64,000 bases of DNA, from contig OZ004613.1 in assembly GCA_963924565.1 (NCBI GenBank), forward strand, positions 8,928,001-8,992,000, read 5' to 3'. Within the stretch, counting starts at the first letter, position 1, and every line of letters starts with the position of its first letter. This stretch comes from Ascidiella aspersa (lineage: Eukaryota). The notes under the pieces were generated by a model that saw nothing but the letters and a program-made list of their open reading frames with translations, searched no databases and was not told the DNA's origin. The position numbers were made by a program, and so were the translations under genes. Of this stretch, positions 11,901 to 25,300 are shown one piece after another.

Positions 11901-12074
11901 CGTTGGAGTTTTGCATTTACATGCAGCTTATCGTGTTGTTCAATAAACAAAATAAACTCAAATGACCTGATTTACGTACGTGATACAGACACAAATTGCG
12001 GTGTCAAAAGTGTAATAATATTAATGTCGCCGAAATTTAGAGCTCAAAATATGTAATTTTCTAACTGTCTAGCG

Positions 12075-12309
12075 CAGTGGTTCTCAACCTTTTTAACAAA
12101 AATAGCGAAGCATATAACAATAAATTTACATATCATTTTCATTCCTACTCAATTCCTCCCCAAGCCATTATTCCTGTAAAATTAGGTGTAGTGACAAAAA
12201 TGAAACTAAATTCTTCAATAAATCTAGCTTTTTTAAATTCGTCTGTAGCCCATCTAAAAAGTTTCCATGGCCCACCAGTGAGCCATGGCCTACTGGTTGA
12301 GAACCGCTG
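12075..12309. mobile_element. hAT (Charlie-like) MITE, 235 bp
   Basis: TIR CAGTGGTTCTCAACC / GGTTGAGAACCGCTG; perfect 8-bp TSD GTCTAGCG. Confidence 0.9.
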
Positions 12310-13351
12310 GTCTAGCGCTAGGGCTCTTGAACTGTTTTTAACGCCGACCCCCAAAAGTATTTTGGTGGGCGTGGATGATCGGCATGAAATTTTTAGAGTT
12401 GACGCCATAATTTGACATCATAAAACAAGTGAAACTAAAAAAATCCCAAAATTCCAAAATGCAAAGTTCAAGGAGAAGGCGCGGAACCGCAAGGGTTTTT
12501 AATTAATACATATTATTTTCAAAAAAGTCTATGTTTAACGAATAATTCCACCTGTGAAATAATACACTATAATATTTTAATACGGCTTTTGACCCTAGTT
12601 TAAAGAAACCCTGCTATAGCGCCATAATATACTTCACAGAAGAAAATAGCATTTTTTCATTTCGCACCTAACTGATAAATTAGGTAACAGCCATTCCGAG
12701 CCTGTCAAAACATCTTACGCATATTAAAAGTAACCAATAGAGACCCACGCGTTACAGTATGTTTATTACACATGTGAAAAAAACAGACGCTGGTGAATGA
12801 AATCGGTAATATAGCTGTTCGCTAAACAAGTAGTTGCAAATGTTGCAAAGACACACATTTTTAGTTCTTGCTAATTAGTAGCTTCATGTTTATGCAGTGT
12901 ACCGCCACCTAACGGCAAAATATTTTGAAAATTATCTACACGGTGGCGCTATTGCGTCAAAACACGGTCGGTCTTCTGGAAGTGGTTAAGAGTGTTTCAT
13001 GTACATCGATAACGAAGAAATACTTTAAACAAGTGAAATATTGAAGTGTGTCAAATGAAGACGACAAAACCGCATTATTTTCGTCGTATTTCACCGCATT
13101 GTCTCTTTTGGCGTAAACACTGTGAATTGTAAAGAAATGCGACACAAAATGAGCAATGTAAAAACATTTAAAAGCGATTATCGGCTGCCCCAAGGCAAGA
13201 GTCACATTTAACAACGTGTATTGCAGCAAAATATGAAGATTGACGATACTTCTGGGTCGTTGTTTTCGTTAATACGGAGCGACAGCGGTCTCTTGTTCAC
13301 CGCTTCGCCTTTTTTCTCTTTTTTGCGCTCGGAAACTCTTCAGTGTTCAAC

Positions 13352-16300
13352 TTAGAGCAGCTTCTCTGTGGTCGCGGGCTTTCGCTCGCCGTTTTTAGGC
13401 TGAAATAAAAGAAACACTTTGCAAAGGTGTCGGGCCAGGATTTGGACTACCCTGGGCTGTAACATAAGACTTTTATAAACTTACACGGTCATGCGGTACA
13501 AAATAATATGCAATACTGATTTACAGATCAGCTTGATGGATTGGTGTATTTTGTTTAACTACGCAAAATTTAGGTAAATTTTGTGAATAATCGCGCTTAT
13601 TGCAGCGGGTATTACTTGACATCAGGACAACGCCAGCATTCCAAACAATTTTTGTATTATACAATGTTTGACGCGACATCGTATATAACTGGTAAAAGTC
13701 GTATATTTAACCTGGGAAACGGCGGGCATTTCGTCTTGTTGTGTAATATTTTGCAATATAACTGTATAACAAGGATTGTGTGTAATTGAGGAAGATTCGG
13801 GTTAATATTTCTCTAAACCCATTAACCTACGTGTTTCGTTAATTGACTCTATGCGGTTAACACAGTAAGTTAAGTAATAAATTAGGCTGTTCGTTTTTCA
13901 CTGGTTGGCCATAGTTTAAGCAATTTTAGGTGGTCTAAAATTATTATTTAAAAGTTATGTCAGATAAGATTAGAATTAACCCTGACACCAAACTAAAATT
14001 ATGCAAAAACGACCCGTTTAAAGTCCTTTTTAAAACTTCATTAAATAATTAAAAATATTTATTAAACAAGAGAAATCTGCCACAGTTTGGCAAACCTAAC
14101 CTATCTTGTGTGAGATTCGAACTTCGGCCAAAAACAACTAACTCAGCGTTTTTCTCAGCACACGCTACACCTGCTATGTAAGCACGGCGACAGGCAGTTT
14201 GTCCCAAAGGTGAACACAAGTCGAATTAAGCGATTTTCGTCGCGGCGCAGCTGTGCGACACTTCCGCCATTTAACTCGACGTCCCTTGGATGGCGGCCTG
14301 GACGCAGGCAGGGCATTGGGGCCAGCGGAAGCTAATCAGGGCCCGGCGGAAACACGGTCAGTCGCTTGCCCTGGAGTTTCTACAAGGCAGGAAAAGAAAG
14401 AACCAGCCAGTGCCGCTTATTTTCAGCAGCAGCAGAACGCGCTGCATTTCGGGACAGATCTGTACCTGCCAATTGCCCTAGAAGGCTTCCTCTTAAGAAG
14501 GAAACTCAAGCTGGAAGACTGGAAAGGGCTTTTGTTTCTTTCTTGGGCGTCAAAGCGCCTTTGGAAGAAAACAATCGCGCCCGAAACGCAACCAGGTTGC
14601 GCTCCACTGGAAACGGTGTCGGCATGGCTGGGGAACGGAATCTTTTTGCGAGTATTGCTTCCGCTCTGTTTTGCATTGGCCTGGTTGGGAAAGTGGCTGG
14701 TCGGGTTGAGAAAACACGGCTGTCGGTGCGCAATGGGCGACCAAAATAGGACCGAGTGCACCGAATTCGGGCTTGTCGACGTCGTAGCGGAGGAAACCTG
14801 ACTGCGATCGAAGGGCTCGATAATTTTAAGTTGAACGCTGGCAGCTCTTGATTTGAAGGGTTTAAGAAATGCACCAGAGGGCTAGAGTTAATTTCGAACT
14901 CTAATCAATAAAACAGTACATATGCTGTTGCTAGCAGGCATAGTATATATGTATTGTATACTGAAAAGTGAAAATAAGTTCTTCTGGTAAAATACGCCAA
15001 ACTGATACACACCATTGTCAGACATATACCAGAAGAACTTATTTTTAGCAAACAGTAAAGGAAAACAGCACGTTTACCACTTTTTAATGTGTTCAAAAAT
15101 CCTTTATAAGGTCGAAATTACCTAGCCTATTTAACCGACTCTTTGAACAAATGTCACTGATTAGGCGTTATTTGATTATAAGCAAACGACTGATTTCCCT
15201 TAGGTTTAACGAAGGCATTCGGTATGCTGGTAGAGCTACAGGTATATGAGGGCCTGAGCAACCTGTCTATAAACAGAAATGTTAAAAATTTCATGTTTTA
15301 TATACAGAGGTTAGGATCTTTGAGTTGAACAGACCTCGAGTGAGCCAGCAATCACCTAATATTTTTTTATTATTAACATCTGGTAAAAGATGATTTCCTT
15401 ATGAGGTTCATTTGGCTTCTGTGTGAGTTTACTAAATATTCCCAAAGGGTGTCATACGCTCTCCCATAAATGGTTTGCCATTGAGTCGCATCCCACGCGG
15501 AAATAATTGACCTATGCGTTCACATGACCAAACATTGTTACAAAGTCATGATTCACGACGAATTATTAGGTCAACTTCTTGCTTCCATTTCAAGCAGGAA
15601 ATATGTAAGTACAGCTTGGCCCCTGCGCCACGCCTTCAAACAGTCTCAGGGTGCTGAAAATCGCGAAATACACACTTACTTGGCACAGAGGCTGGGTGAC
15701 TTTCATCGAGAGGTCGCCCTGTTCAGAATGACTGGCCTCCTGTTTCTTGCTGTGTGCTGGTGTCTCACCTCGACTGCAAAAACACCATAACAGTTAGGTA
15801 AATAGGCGGTTAAAGTGATTTTAGTAAAACTCGTAAAATAGAAGCGTCAATTGACGAACTGTTTACTTTTGACATTGTTAAAAGTTTTACAGCTTACATT
15901 CCACATGGTGAAAAAAATCCAGTCGTTTCTACTGTTTAGTCTGTTCGCACTCGATAGTGCTATATAACAATAGTACTACATTTTCCAAAGCAAATAAAAC
16001 TTGACTTTTATAGCTACCTGACTGTGTTGGTGGTGTACCTAGTCGTGTGTAGGGAAAACGAACGGAATGAGATCGCAATACTCTTGCGTAGTCTCTCCTG
16101 GAAATTGTGACCCAGGAATGTGTAGAGGATCGGATTCAGGCAGCTACAAAGAGCATTAGTGGTTAAACAGGTTGAAAGTGCTGCCTAACGCGCATTGGTC
16201 AACGTTGGTCAACGTTCGCCTGCTAGAGGTTAAACTTTAACAATTAAATGTAGAATACATTGGGAAAAATACCCTGAACACATTCTTTGCCGCAGTCTAC

Positions 16301-19300
16301 TAACATTCCGAAACACTTTTTAAGCATGCAAGAAACACGCACGAAAAACACGAGTCACCAGAAAATAAATAAAAAGGAACCTGTAAATACACAGCAAATG
16401 CAAAAAGAGAGAGAAACTAGAATGTGCAGGATACTTTGTTAGTTTACCCACCAAACCAATCGTCTATTTTCCGAAGCTATAGAGCTAAAAAGAATAAACT
16501 AATCAAACTTTAAAGTAGTTAATCCTGTCTGCCTCTTGTTGTTTCGCGGTGCTTCAGCAAAGCCCTATATCTTACTACTGCCGCGACCTTATCGAAGTTA
16601 GGAAATGGATACGAATCAAGCTCTTCAGAAGCCCTTTAACGTTCTGGCAAGGGTTACGGATGCCAGTGGCTGAAGAAGGGATTCGTCGAGTCATTGTGAG
16701 TCAACTCGATTGTGATAGATTTCAGCGGGCGTCACGATATCTAGCTTTACACAGTTGTGTTGAACTGAGAAACTGTGATTAGCCTCTCCCAGTATAGAGG
16801 ACCACACGTGGTCTGAGATTTTTCAGCAATCCTAAAGAACCGGGCCTGTGAGCATTTCTAAAATTCAGCTTTAACTGGAGATTTGTTTTGTTTAAGACAC
16901 CCTCCAGTTAAACTCATAGCAACTGCACTGCAATCGGTTTTGTATGCTGAAGGGGCCATTTATGTTTCGTCAATACTTGCCTTTATGGTTTTAATTTGCA
17001 CATGTTTAAAATAACACTATATCAGTGACATATGTTAAAAAGTGTCGAGTATAAAAGTACGAAAATTCTCGAAAAACTGTTTTGCTTTCAAAATTACTCA
17101 AAGCAACGAAAAAGTTTTGAAAGAAGTAACCACAAACCGGTTAAATTAATTTAGAGGATTGCTTTCTTTACAAGAATATCACTGTGTTGTATCAATTAGG
17201 TAATTCAATATGATTGAATTTGTTTTTAGTGGTTTCAAAACACAATCTTGAGTTTTTCTTGCAAACCCCAACAGACACAGCTAAATTTGAAGCCTTACGC
17301 AATTATTAGCGAAAAAGGAGAACTCCCCGTCATTTAAAACAAAATAAATTGCTTCTTAGTGATGAGTTTCACCTATCGTCAAGCTTTGATGCATTAAGGC
17401 CCAGAGGGCTGCGTGTTTGATGTATCGAGCCCAGATTTTTGGCAGAACAGGGTGAGATTCTTATCGAGACTCGCACAAGTACCCCCCCCCCCCTTCGCAA
17501 CGCTCGTAAGAGCTCTTTTAGTGAGACGGATGAAGGCTTATGATTTTTGTTTAGCGTTATATCGCGTCTTCGCCCCGCATTCAATTTGACGTAATTCACT
17601 GCCGGCAAGCGCGTTTTTCCGGCCGATGTAATGCCGCTGTTCCGAAGTCTTGACCTTCGACTACCTGGCGACTCGGTTAAGGCTGCATTCCGCTCTCGAC
17701 TTTAAACGTCTTCTGTTTGCGCCCGTGTTATGTTACGCGGCGCGAACAGCAGTTTACTTGATCAATGTCGTCGCACTCTTTCGCAGTCGAACAAACTCGA
17801 ACGGTTATCCTGCTTGCTTTTGGGATTAAAGCGTTCAAAAGGCAGCTCAACCTTGTTGGAAAACTTGGTTTTGCAAGCCTAGCAACTTTTAGGTTGTGTA
17901 TACTTTTTTTTTTCGCTGAATTTCGTAAAGCAGGTCAAGGTAAAAATGACGCTTTACCTTCGGCTTGCACCGACAGATCAATAACTTGTATACAAGTTAA
18001 ACAATAGTATACAATTTTTAGATTTTAAAATGAATGTTTTTTCGGCAGTAATGGCCTAATTTATTCATCAAGTTGGTTGTTGGGGCGCACAACAAAAAAG
18101 TGACTGCAATACAAAACTATAGATATATGCCTGGAATTTGAATAGCTCGAGGCGTAATAAATCACCGAGACAGTATTTCAATAACTCATACTTATATATT
18201 ATATCAAAGATATACCATTTGAAAAAGCTACACACATAACACGCGTTGTCAACGCAATTTCTACAGTTAGCCGAAAATCTTTGCCAAAAGATAGAAAAAA
18301 ATCACCTGTTTGCGAAGGCGAGACAGAAGGTGAAGTCCCGTATATTGTGGCACACCCCCTGGCGTGCCCGCACCCCCTTGATCTGCATGAGATGCCACAT
18401 GTAGAAGGGAAGCCAACAGATGAAGAAGGTGATTACGAGGGCCACCACCATACGGGTAACCTTGCGTCGTGTGCGCTCGGCCTGTAGAAAACAAGAGCGT
18501 TATATTGCCACCGAGGCTTGTCATTAAGATATTTGTAGCGTCTTGACAGGCACCGGATGGAAGTAGCACTGTGGGCACATTTTTCACGCTATCATTTTAC
18601 ACATATTTGATTTGAAAATTGTTATTTCTACTCTATACTTGTATTTTGTAGCTCCAGAAGTGGCATCTATTTATAAATACAAGTTTAACAACAATGCCTA
18701 TGCGGCATGTTGGCCTGGAAAGTTGTACTGCTAAAAAGGCAGATTTTTGCTTAATTGGGATTACGGGTATGCGTCTGTGGTGCACCAAATTCATTAATTT
18801 CCAACCGAAGCGCGAATTTACGATACAACGGCTAAACGTAGTGGAAACATTGTGCTTGCGAAAAATAGGCATGAATTTTGATCGCTTATTATTGCTTTTT
18901 GCTTTAGGACCTCAGCTCTTTACAAAATTTAAATGAAAGAAGACAACCCTTTTCTCGGCCTCCCCCCAAATACAAATATTTTGAAGCTTTGTTCTTTTGC
19001 AGCGTTGAAATCTCATACCATGTTCGAATGTACTTTTTACTGCAGTTGAAATGGCATGAGCAGCAGCGACTTGCCCAGTGTTGTAAACAAGTCATTTTGA
19101 TGACTTGTCCAAGTCAAGTTTTTTCAAAAAATCCCAGTTTATGTCATCGGTTGCCATTTGCCCAAACGACTAAGTCAAATCAAGTCATTTTGACCAAAAG
19201 ACTTAACTCAAGTCAACCTTTTTGGGCTTGCGGCACTATACACAAATTATAAATAGTTCGCGGCACCCTTGCTCGTACTTTTGCTGATTGGTTCACTGGA

Positions 19301-22300
19301 ACGTTTTAATTTTTGGCACTTTGATCGTACACAAAAAATTGTATCACGAAGCTTATTGTTAAAGCAACAATTGGAGTCCAAAAGAATTTAAAATATTTCT
19401 CGGCACCCTTATGCGTTAAAAATGGCACCCTAGAGTGCCGCGGCACCCCGGTTGAGAACCACTGCCTGAAATCATTACAGCACTGGACTTGCCTGTCTCG
19501 ACCGGCTTCGGGTCTCAGACGGCTGTAGCATCCTCACGACGATCATGATGTAGCATACCGAGATGATGGCGAAGGGTATCACGAAACCTACCACTGTAGA
19601 AAAAATGAGGAAAGTGTGGAAGGTCTTGGACGTGTTGTGCTTGCACATGACCGTGGTCGACTTGTCGCCTTGCTGCTCCATCGCGCTGTAATCAGGGTAG
19701 TCGAACGGCATTTCACCGGAGGTTTCTGCCAGAAAGCAACGTAAGGGTTAAGACAATCTCAGCTGGTATAGACGTGCTGTTAATTATAACAGTGATTTAT
19801 AACCGCTGTTTATCGTTAACACTTGTGCTCCGTGACAGAATAAAAACCCAATCTGACAGTGAAATAAACTGTTGATGTGTTGTCGATTTTATTGCATGAT
19901 ATTAACTTTCGTTTGGTCTTCCGCAAAATTACTTTTTTTCATGTGTGACTCAAAAGAAAGTAAAAAAAATACTGATTTAGAATACTGTAAGTTAGATGGT
20001 TACTGTCAAAAGACAAATTATAGCCGGATTGACTAAAAAATGCTATAGGTCGTGACTGAGCTTCTTGCTTTGAAATAAAGTCATGTGGCAATGTTGACAA
20101 ACTATAACATAATACAATACCCTTTACAAGAGAGATTTATTTACATAGAAGCGAGGAACACGTTTCTGACAGGACAGAATTACAGGTGATTAGATATTAA
20201 AGGAAATGTGTTAGGTATAGAATATACTAAAGGTGTAGCCAAGGTCGTCTGAAACCGGTGAACTGTTGACAGACCATGAGACCAAGCAATGTCAGCATGA
20301 TCGACACCCAAATGGTATTTTACAGTGTTCTAGTCTAATAGTCCTTAAAATACAAATGTAAAGAACGAAATGCCCCCCTGATTGTTAAAGTGCACTAAAC
20401 CTTTACCTGGCATGTTGGACAGCCTCATAATCTCCTCGAAGCGCTCGCAATCGTAATCGTAAGCCGTTGGAAGCAATGCGCGCGATTCTTCCAACGTAAG
20501 GTCGTCTTTGAATTCTGGGTCTTCAGTGTGGAACATCAGAGCACAAACTCCTGAAAAATCATTGGGATAAGCATTGGGATACCCCTGGGGTCCAACGAGC
20601 AGTCTTTCAGTTTTTTTGTTGATTTGATAAGTTATATTACCAGAAGTTCAATTATGAGAAATTATTTTTTGGCATATTGTGTACAATGAGAATAGTTAAT
20701 AATTGAGCACCGAATAAATGTTAAGGATTTTCGTAACAGCGAATATTTTCCAGCTTTCACTGTTTTGCGAATTAGGCGGTTTCTCCATTATTTAAAGAAA
20801 CTAAAAGAGGTACGCCTGGTTAAAAGGTTTAAGAACTACTCGTCCAGACGCAGGAAAGCTATCGGATTTCTACTTTACCCTATATGCTAGAAGGTCATTA
20901 GATGAGTAAACTTTAAGCTTTTAGATGAGTAAACCAATTCAGCGGCGTATAACGGCAAACAGTTACAGAGCACAGAGGTATCATAGGGCTTAAGGGCTTT
21001 GACGTTAGTATAACATGAGAAAAAGCGCTTGGATTGAGATAACTTTGCTTTAATTCATAGGATATTTATATCTAAAACAGACTTTTCGTTTTTGACTAGC
21101 ACAATATACAAGTGTTGTAATGAATTAAGTCAATGACTTTTAAGTATTTTGCATAAATAACTAGGGTTCAAATAAGATGTTTTAGACTATTTGTTTTAAA
21201 TAATTTTTAGCAACACAAGACTTTGTCTTTAGGCAACAGATTTTTATGGTAAACACACAAACGCGGTCTGGCACTTTAAGTAAATATCGTTAGGCAAACT
21301 TCATTCAGTTCCATCCTATAGTTAAACTTCATGAGACTGTAAAGTGTAAACAGCTCCGTCAAATGAACAAACATTGTTTGTCTGTGCTTGCTCTTTCGAG
21401 TTCAACGAAACTGATGCCAATGTGTGTCTTTCGCATGTTCTCGTCACGTAAATTATTAAGCGAACATAGAAACCCCGTATGTTACATCTCTGTCAATAAA
21501 ACTTTCAGGTGTCTACATTAAACAAGCAAAACAAACCTAATTTGCAGTGTTTGGATCCGGCCAAATGTCACGGATGAGAAATGACTTTTCACCGAGTTGG
21601 CATTTACTCGAAATGGTAAACCAATTTTTTTTGTGAAGAACAGAACAGCGATTGTCAACCATCTTAGTGTCGTTAGAGTTACACATTTTAATCATCGCGT
21701 TTATAAAATTATCAAGATCTTTTTTCGCGGTGCTGTCTTTTAACAGTAGTGTCATTACGCGGTGCTGTCTTTTGGCAGTAGTGTAATTTGTTGCGGTCTA
21801 CGTGATTCTGCTCAACTCCAGCAAAGATTTCGGTTTGGGAGTTTTAAGTGTCAAACTTGAGTGCTGCTGTTTGAATAAACTGCTCCTGTTTCAACAAAAA
21901 ATAAAGCGGAATTGCTGTCGTTTTACTGTAGTAAAATTTCGTGGTGTTGTCGTTTGGGAGTAGTGTCATTTCGCGGAGCTGTCTTTGGGAAATAGTGTAA
22001 TTTGCTGCGGTGTATGTGATTCTGCTCAACTCCAGCAAAGATTTCGGTTTGGGAGTTTTAAGTGTCAAACTTGAGTGCTGCTGTTTGAATAAACTGCTCC
22101 TGTTTATATAAAAAATAAAGCTGAATTGCTGTCGTTTTACTGTAGTAAAATTTCGTGGTGTTGTCGTTTGGGAGTAGTGTCATTTCGCGGAGCTGTCTTT
22201 GGGAAATAGTGTAATTTGCTGCGGTGTATGTGATTCTGCGTATTTCCAGCAAATATTAGGGTTTGGGAGTTTTAAGTGTCAAACTTGAGTGCTGCTGTTT

Positions 22301-25300
22301 GAATAAACTGCTCCTGTTTATATAAAAAATAAAGCTGAATTGCTGTCGTTTTACTGTAGTAAAATTTCGTGGTGTTGTCGTTTGGGAGTAATGTCATTTC
22401 GCGGAGCTGTCTTTGGGAAATAGTGTAATTTGCTGCGGTGTATGTGATTCTGCTCAACTCCAGCAAAGATTTCGGTTTGGGAGTTTTAAGTGTCAAACTT
22501 GAGTGCTGCTGTTTGAATAAACTGCTCCTGTTTATATAAAAAATAAAGCTGAATTGCTGTCGTTTTACTGTAGTAAAATTTCGTGGTGTTGTCGTTTGGG
22601 AGTAATGTCATTTCGCGGAGCTGTCTTTGGGAAATAGTGTAATTTGCTGCGGTGTATGTGATTCTGCTCAACTCCAGCAAAGATTTCGGTTTGGGAGTTT
22701 TAAGTGTCAAACTTGAGTGCTGCTGTTTGAATAAACTGCTCCTGTTTCAACAAAAAATAAAGCGGAATTGCTGTCGTTTTACTGTAGTAAAATTTCGTGG
22801 TGTTGTTGTTGGGAGTAGTGTCATTTCGCGGAGCTGTCTTTGGGAAATAGTGTAATTTGCTGCGGTGTATGTGATTCTGCGTAATTCCAGCAAATATTAG
22901 GGTTTGGGAGTTTTAAGTGTCAAACTTGAGTGCTGCTGTTTGAATAAACTGCTCCTGTTTCAATAAAAAATAAAGCGGAATTGCTGTCGTTTTACTGTAG
23001 TAAAATTTCGTGGTGTTGTCGTTTGGGAGTAGTGTCATTTCGAGGAGTTGTCGTTTGGCAATTGTGTCATTTCGTGGTGTTGTCGTTTGGCAGTTGTGTC
23101 ACTTTGCTGCGGTGTACGTGACCTTGCGCAACGTCGACGGATTTTCTCCCGAGCAATACACTGGCTACAAGCAAATCCTGTTTCCCCTTTAACCACGTTT
23201 TGGGCGATGATCCGGGGTTGCTAATTATTCACGCGGAAACCTGATCAAGGCAGCAGTCTCCGTGACAAAGTATTGCATCCGACTGGACTGAGTAATCCAC
23301 ATATGACAACGGTACAGACCGGAACCCTATGCATCTATTCGGAAAACCTAGACCGTCCATCGCGGTGTTAAATTTATTTATAAAAAGCCTGAGGTCGCAA
23401 CTAACACCTATTAAGTTGCTACAACCAACAGAAATAATACTGTGTTTAGTTAACTTTTCTAAAAATGTTTTATATATTTTAAAGTTAATCGACTATACAC
23501 AGACTTAAATTCTGAACAATAGGATAAAAACTGATGTAAACAAAAATTATCCAATCCCTTCAAATACAAAAGACCCACATAGAAGAAATCTATAAGAGCA
23601 CTATTCAAGACGTTAATTAAACGACGGTTTATTCGTAAATTGAGTAATATTATTGGAATCACAAAACATAGACGCTGGAAATTTCAACTAAAACGACAGG
23701 CGAAAAACAAAGATTAAGTACATACAGTTAATTGTAAGTTTGTTTAAAGATGGTTTGCCAGTGTTGTGTTTTGCAAAGGCTTAAAGCAAAGATAAATGCT
23801 TAATCTTACCTCCATCAAGACGAGAATAGATGAGTAGGGGAGTGACCATGACAAGAGACACGACCCAAATCGCAGCACAGACCTTCAATTTAAAAACAAA
23901 AGTGGGAATATAATCACAGAGTTGTCATATTAGCATGATTACTGAAGAAAACTTATGTAGGCACATGCTTGAAATGTATGCTGTTATACTGTTATAACCG
24001 CACATGACAACGCGGATATTAACGAATCTAGTTTTACAATTTGTATATTTGATAATTCCAAAGTCATATTTTCAGTTGTAATTCTGTAATAGTCCTAAAC
24101 AGAATTGACTTGGCAAACTGGTGTAAGTATAGGGTATCCAACATCCAAACAACAAAAAAGCGAGTTTGCATAAAAATGTTTATTTATTTAATTGAATTTA
24201 GTCAAAACACGCAAAAATACCACAAGTATGTATTGTATAATTGAAAATGTGCCACGGGTCGGATAAAATGCTTTGTTGGTCGGACTCCGTGAGGGTCCTA
24301 TTTTTGCCCAGGTCCGGTCAAGTCTCTACGATCCCACTAATCTTATATACGCAACAGACGCTTCCAGACAAAAAAGACATCATGAATCATTCGAGTTAAG
24401 GAACTGACAATGTAAGTATAGGCGAAAAACATATTCCTTTAAAAAATGTCTCATTTACAGGGGTTTTTAAACTATGAGTTTTATTGTTAATATACGCGCC
24501 AGGGTAACACTGATCGACAAGCAAAAACCTGCTGCCAGTGGCTTTGGATTTTATAAACAAATAAAACTCAAATTTAAATAACCTGAGTTTACTGAAAGGA
24601 ACTGACGATACCACCATAGGCGAAATAAATATTCATTTAAAAATGTCTGATTTTGGTTTTACGCGGGTTTTTAAACTTTGATTTCTATTGGTAATAAGCG
24701 CGTCAGGGGAACAGTGATCGACTAGCAGAAACCTGCTGCCAGTGGTTTTGGATTTCACAAAAATACGCCTTTTTCCAGGCAACAAGGACTCACGAAGAAA
24801 GTGTTGCGACTGGTTCTCCAACGACTTGAAGTGACGACATACTGAACTGCGATGTAGCGATCGATGGACATCGCAGTGAGAAAGAAGATGCTTGAGTAGT
24901 AGTTCAGGTACTTCACTGCTTCGACGATCTGCGTTTAAAGATCATGTTAGTTTGTTGGTTCGTGCAAAACTTGGTCAAATGATCTACATGCCACAACCTC
25001 GGTATTACCAAGTAAGGGTGTCTCCCCTATGGTTCGATCACTATCCCGTCGTAAAACATTTGCCAAAGTTATGAACAAACTATACGCTGATACACTCAAT
25101 GTTTTGAGAGGGGGGGGGGGGGGTTAGACGTAAAGTTAAATAAACCTTGGAACACAGTGGTTGGAAGTTGCAGTAAGACATAATAAGAAGATCAAAGTCC
25201 ACACAGAAGTATAGGTATCATTTTGAACGTTTTATTAGTTGAAAATGAACAAAGATTTATTCGAAACGTTCAAAATAATACCTAGTTTACAGTTGTGTAT

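Noticed and set aside
16140-16240. Possible tRNA/SINE-like motif (TAGTGGTTAA...GTTCG)
   Set aside because: No cloverleaf can be built; it abuts the acceptor of the GPCR NPILY exon on the opposite strand.
21776-23120. Regularly spaced repeats as a CRISPR array, or the repeated 74-aa ORFs as a gene family
   Set aside because: Whole units are near-identical with no unique spacers, there are no cas genes, and the array lies in a eukaryotic intron.
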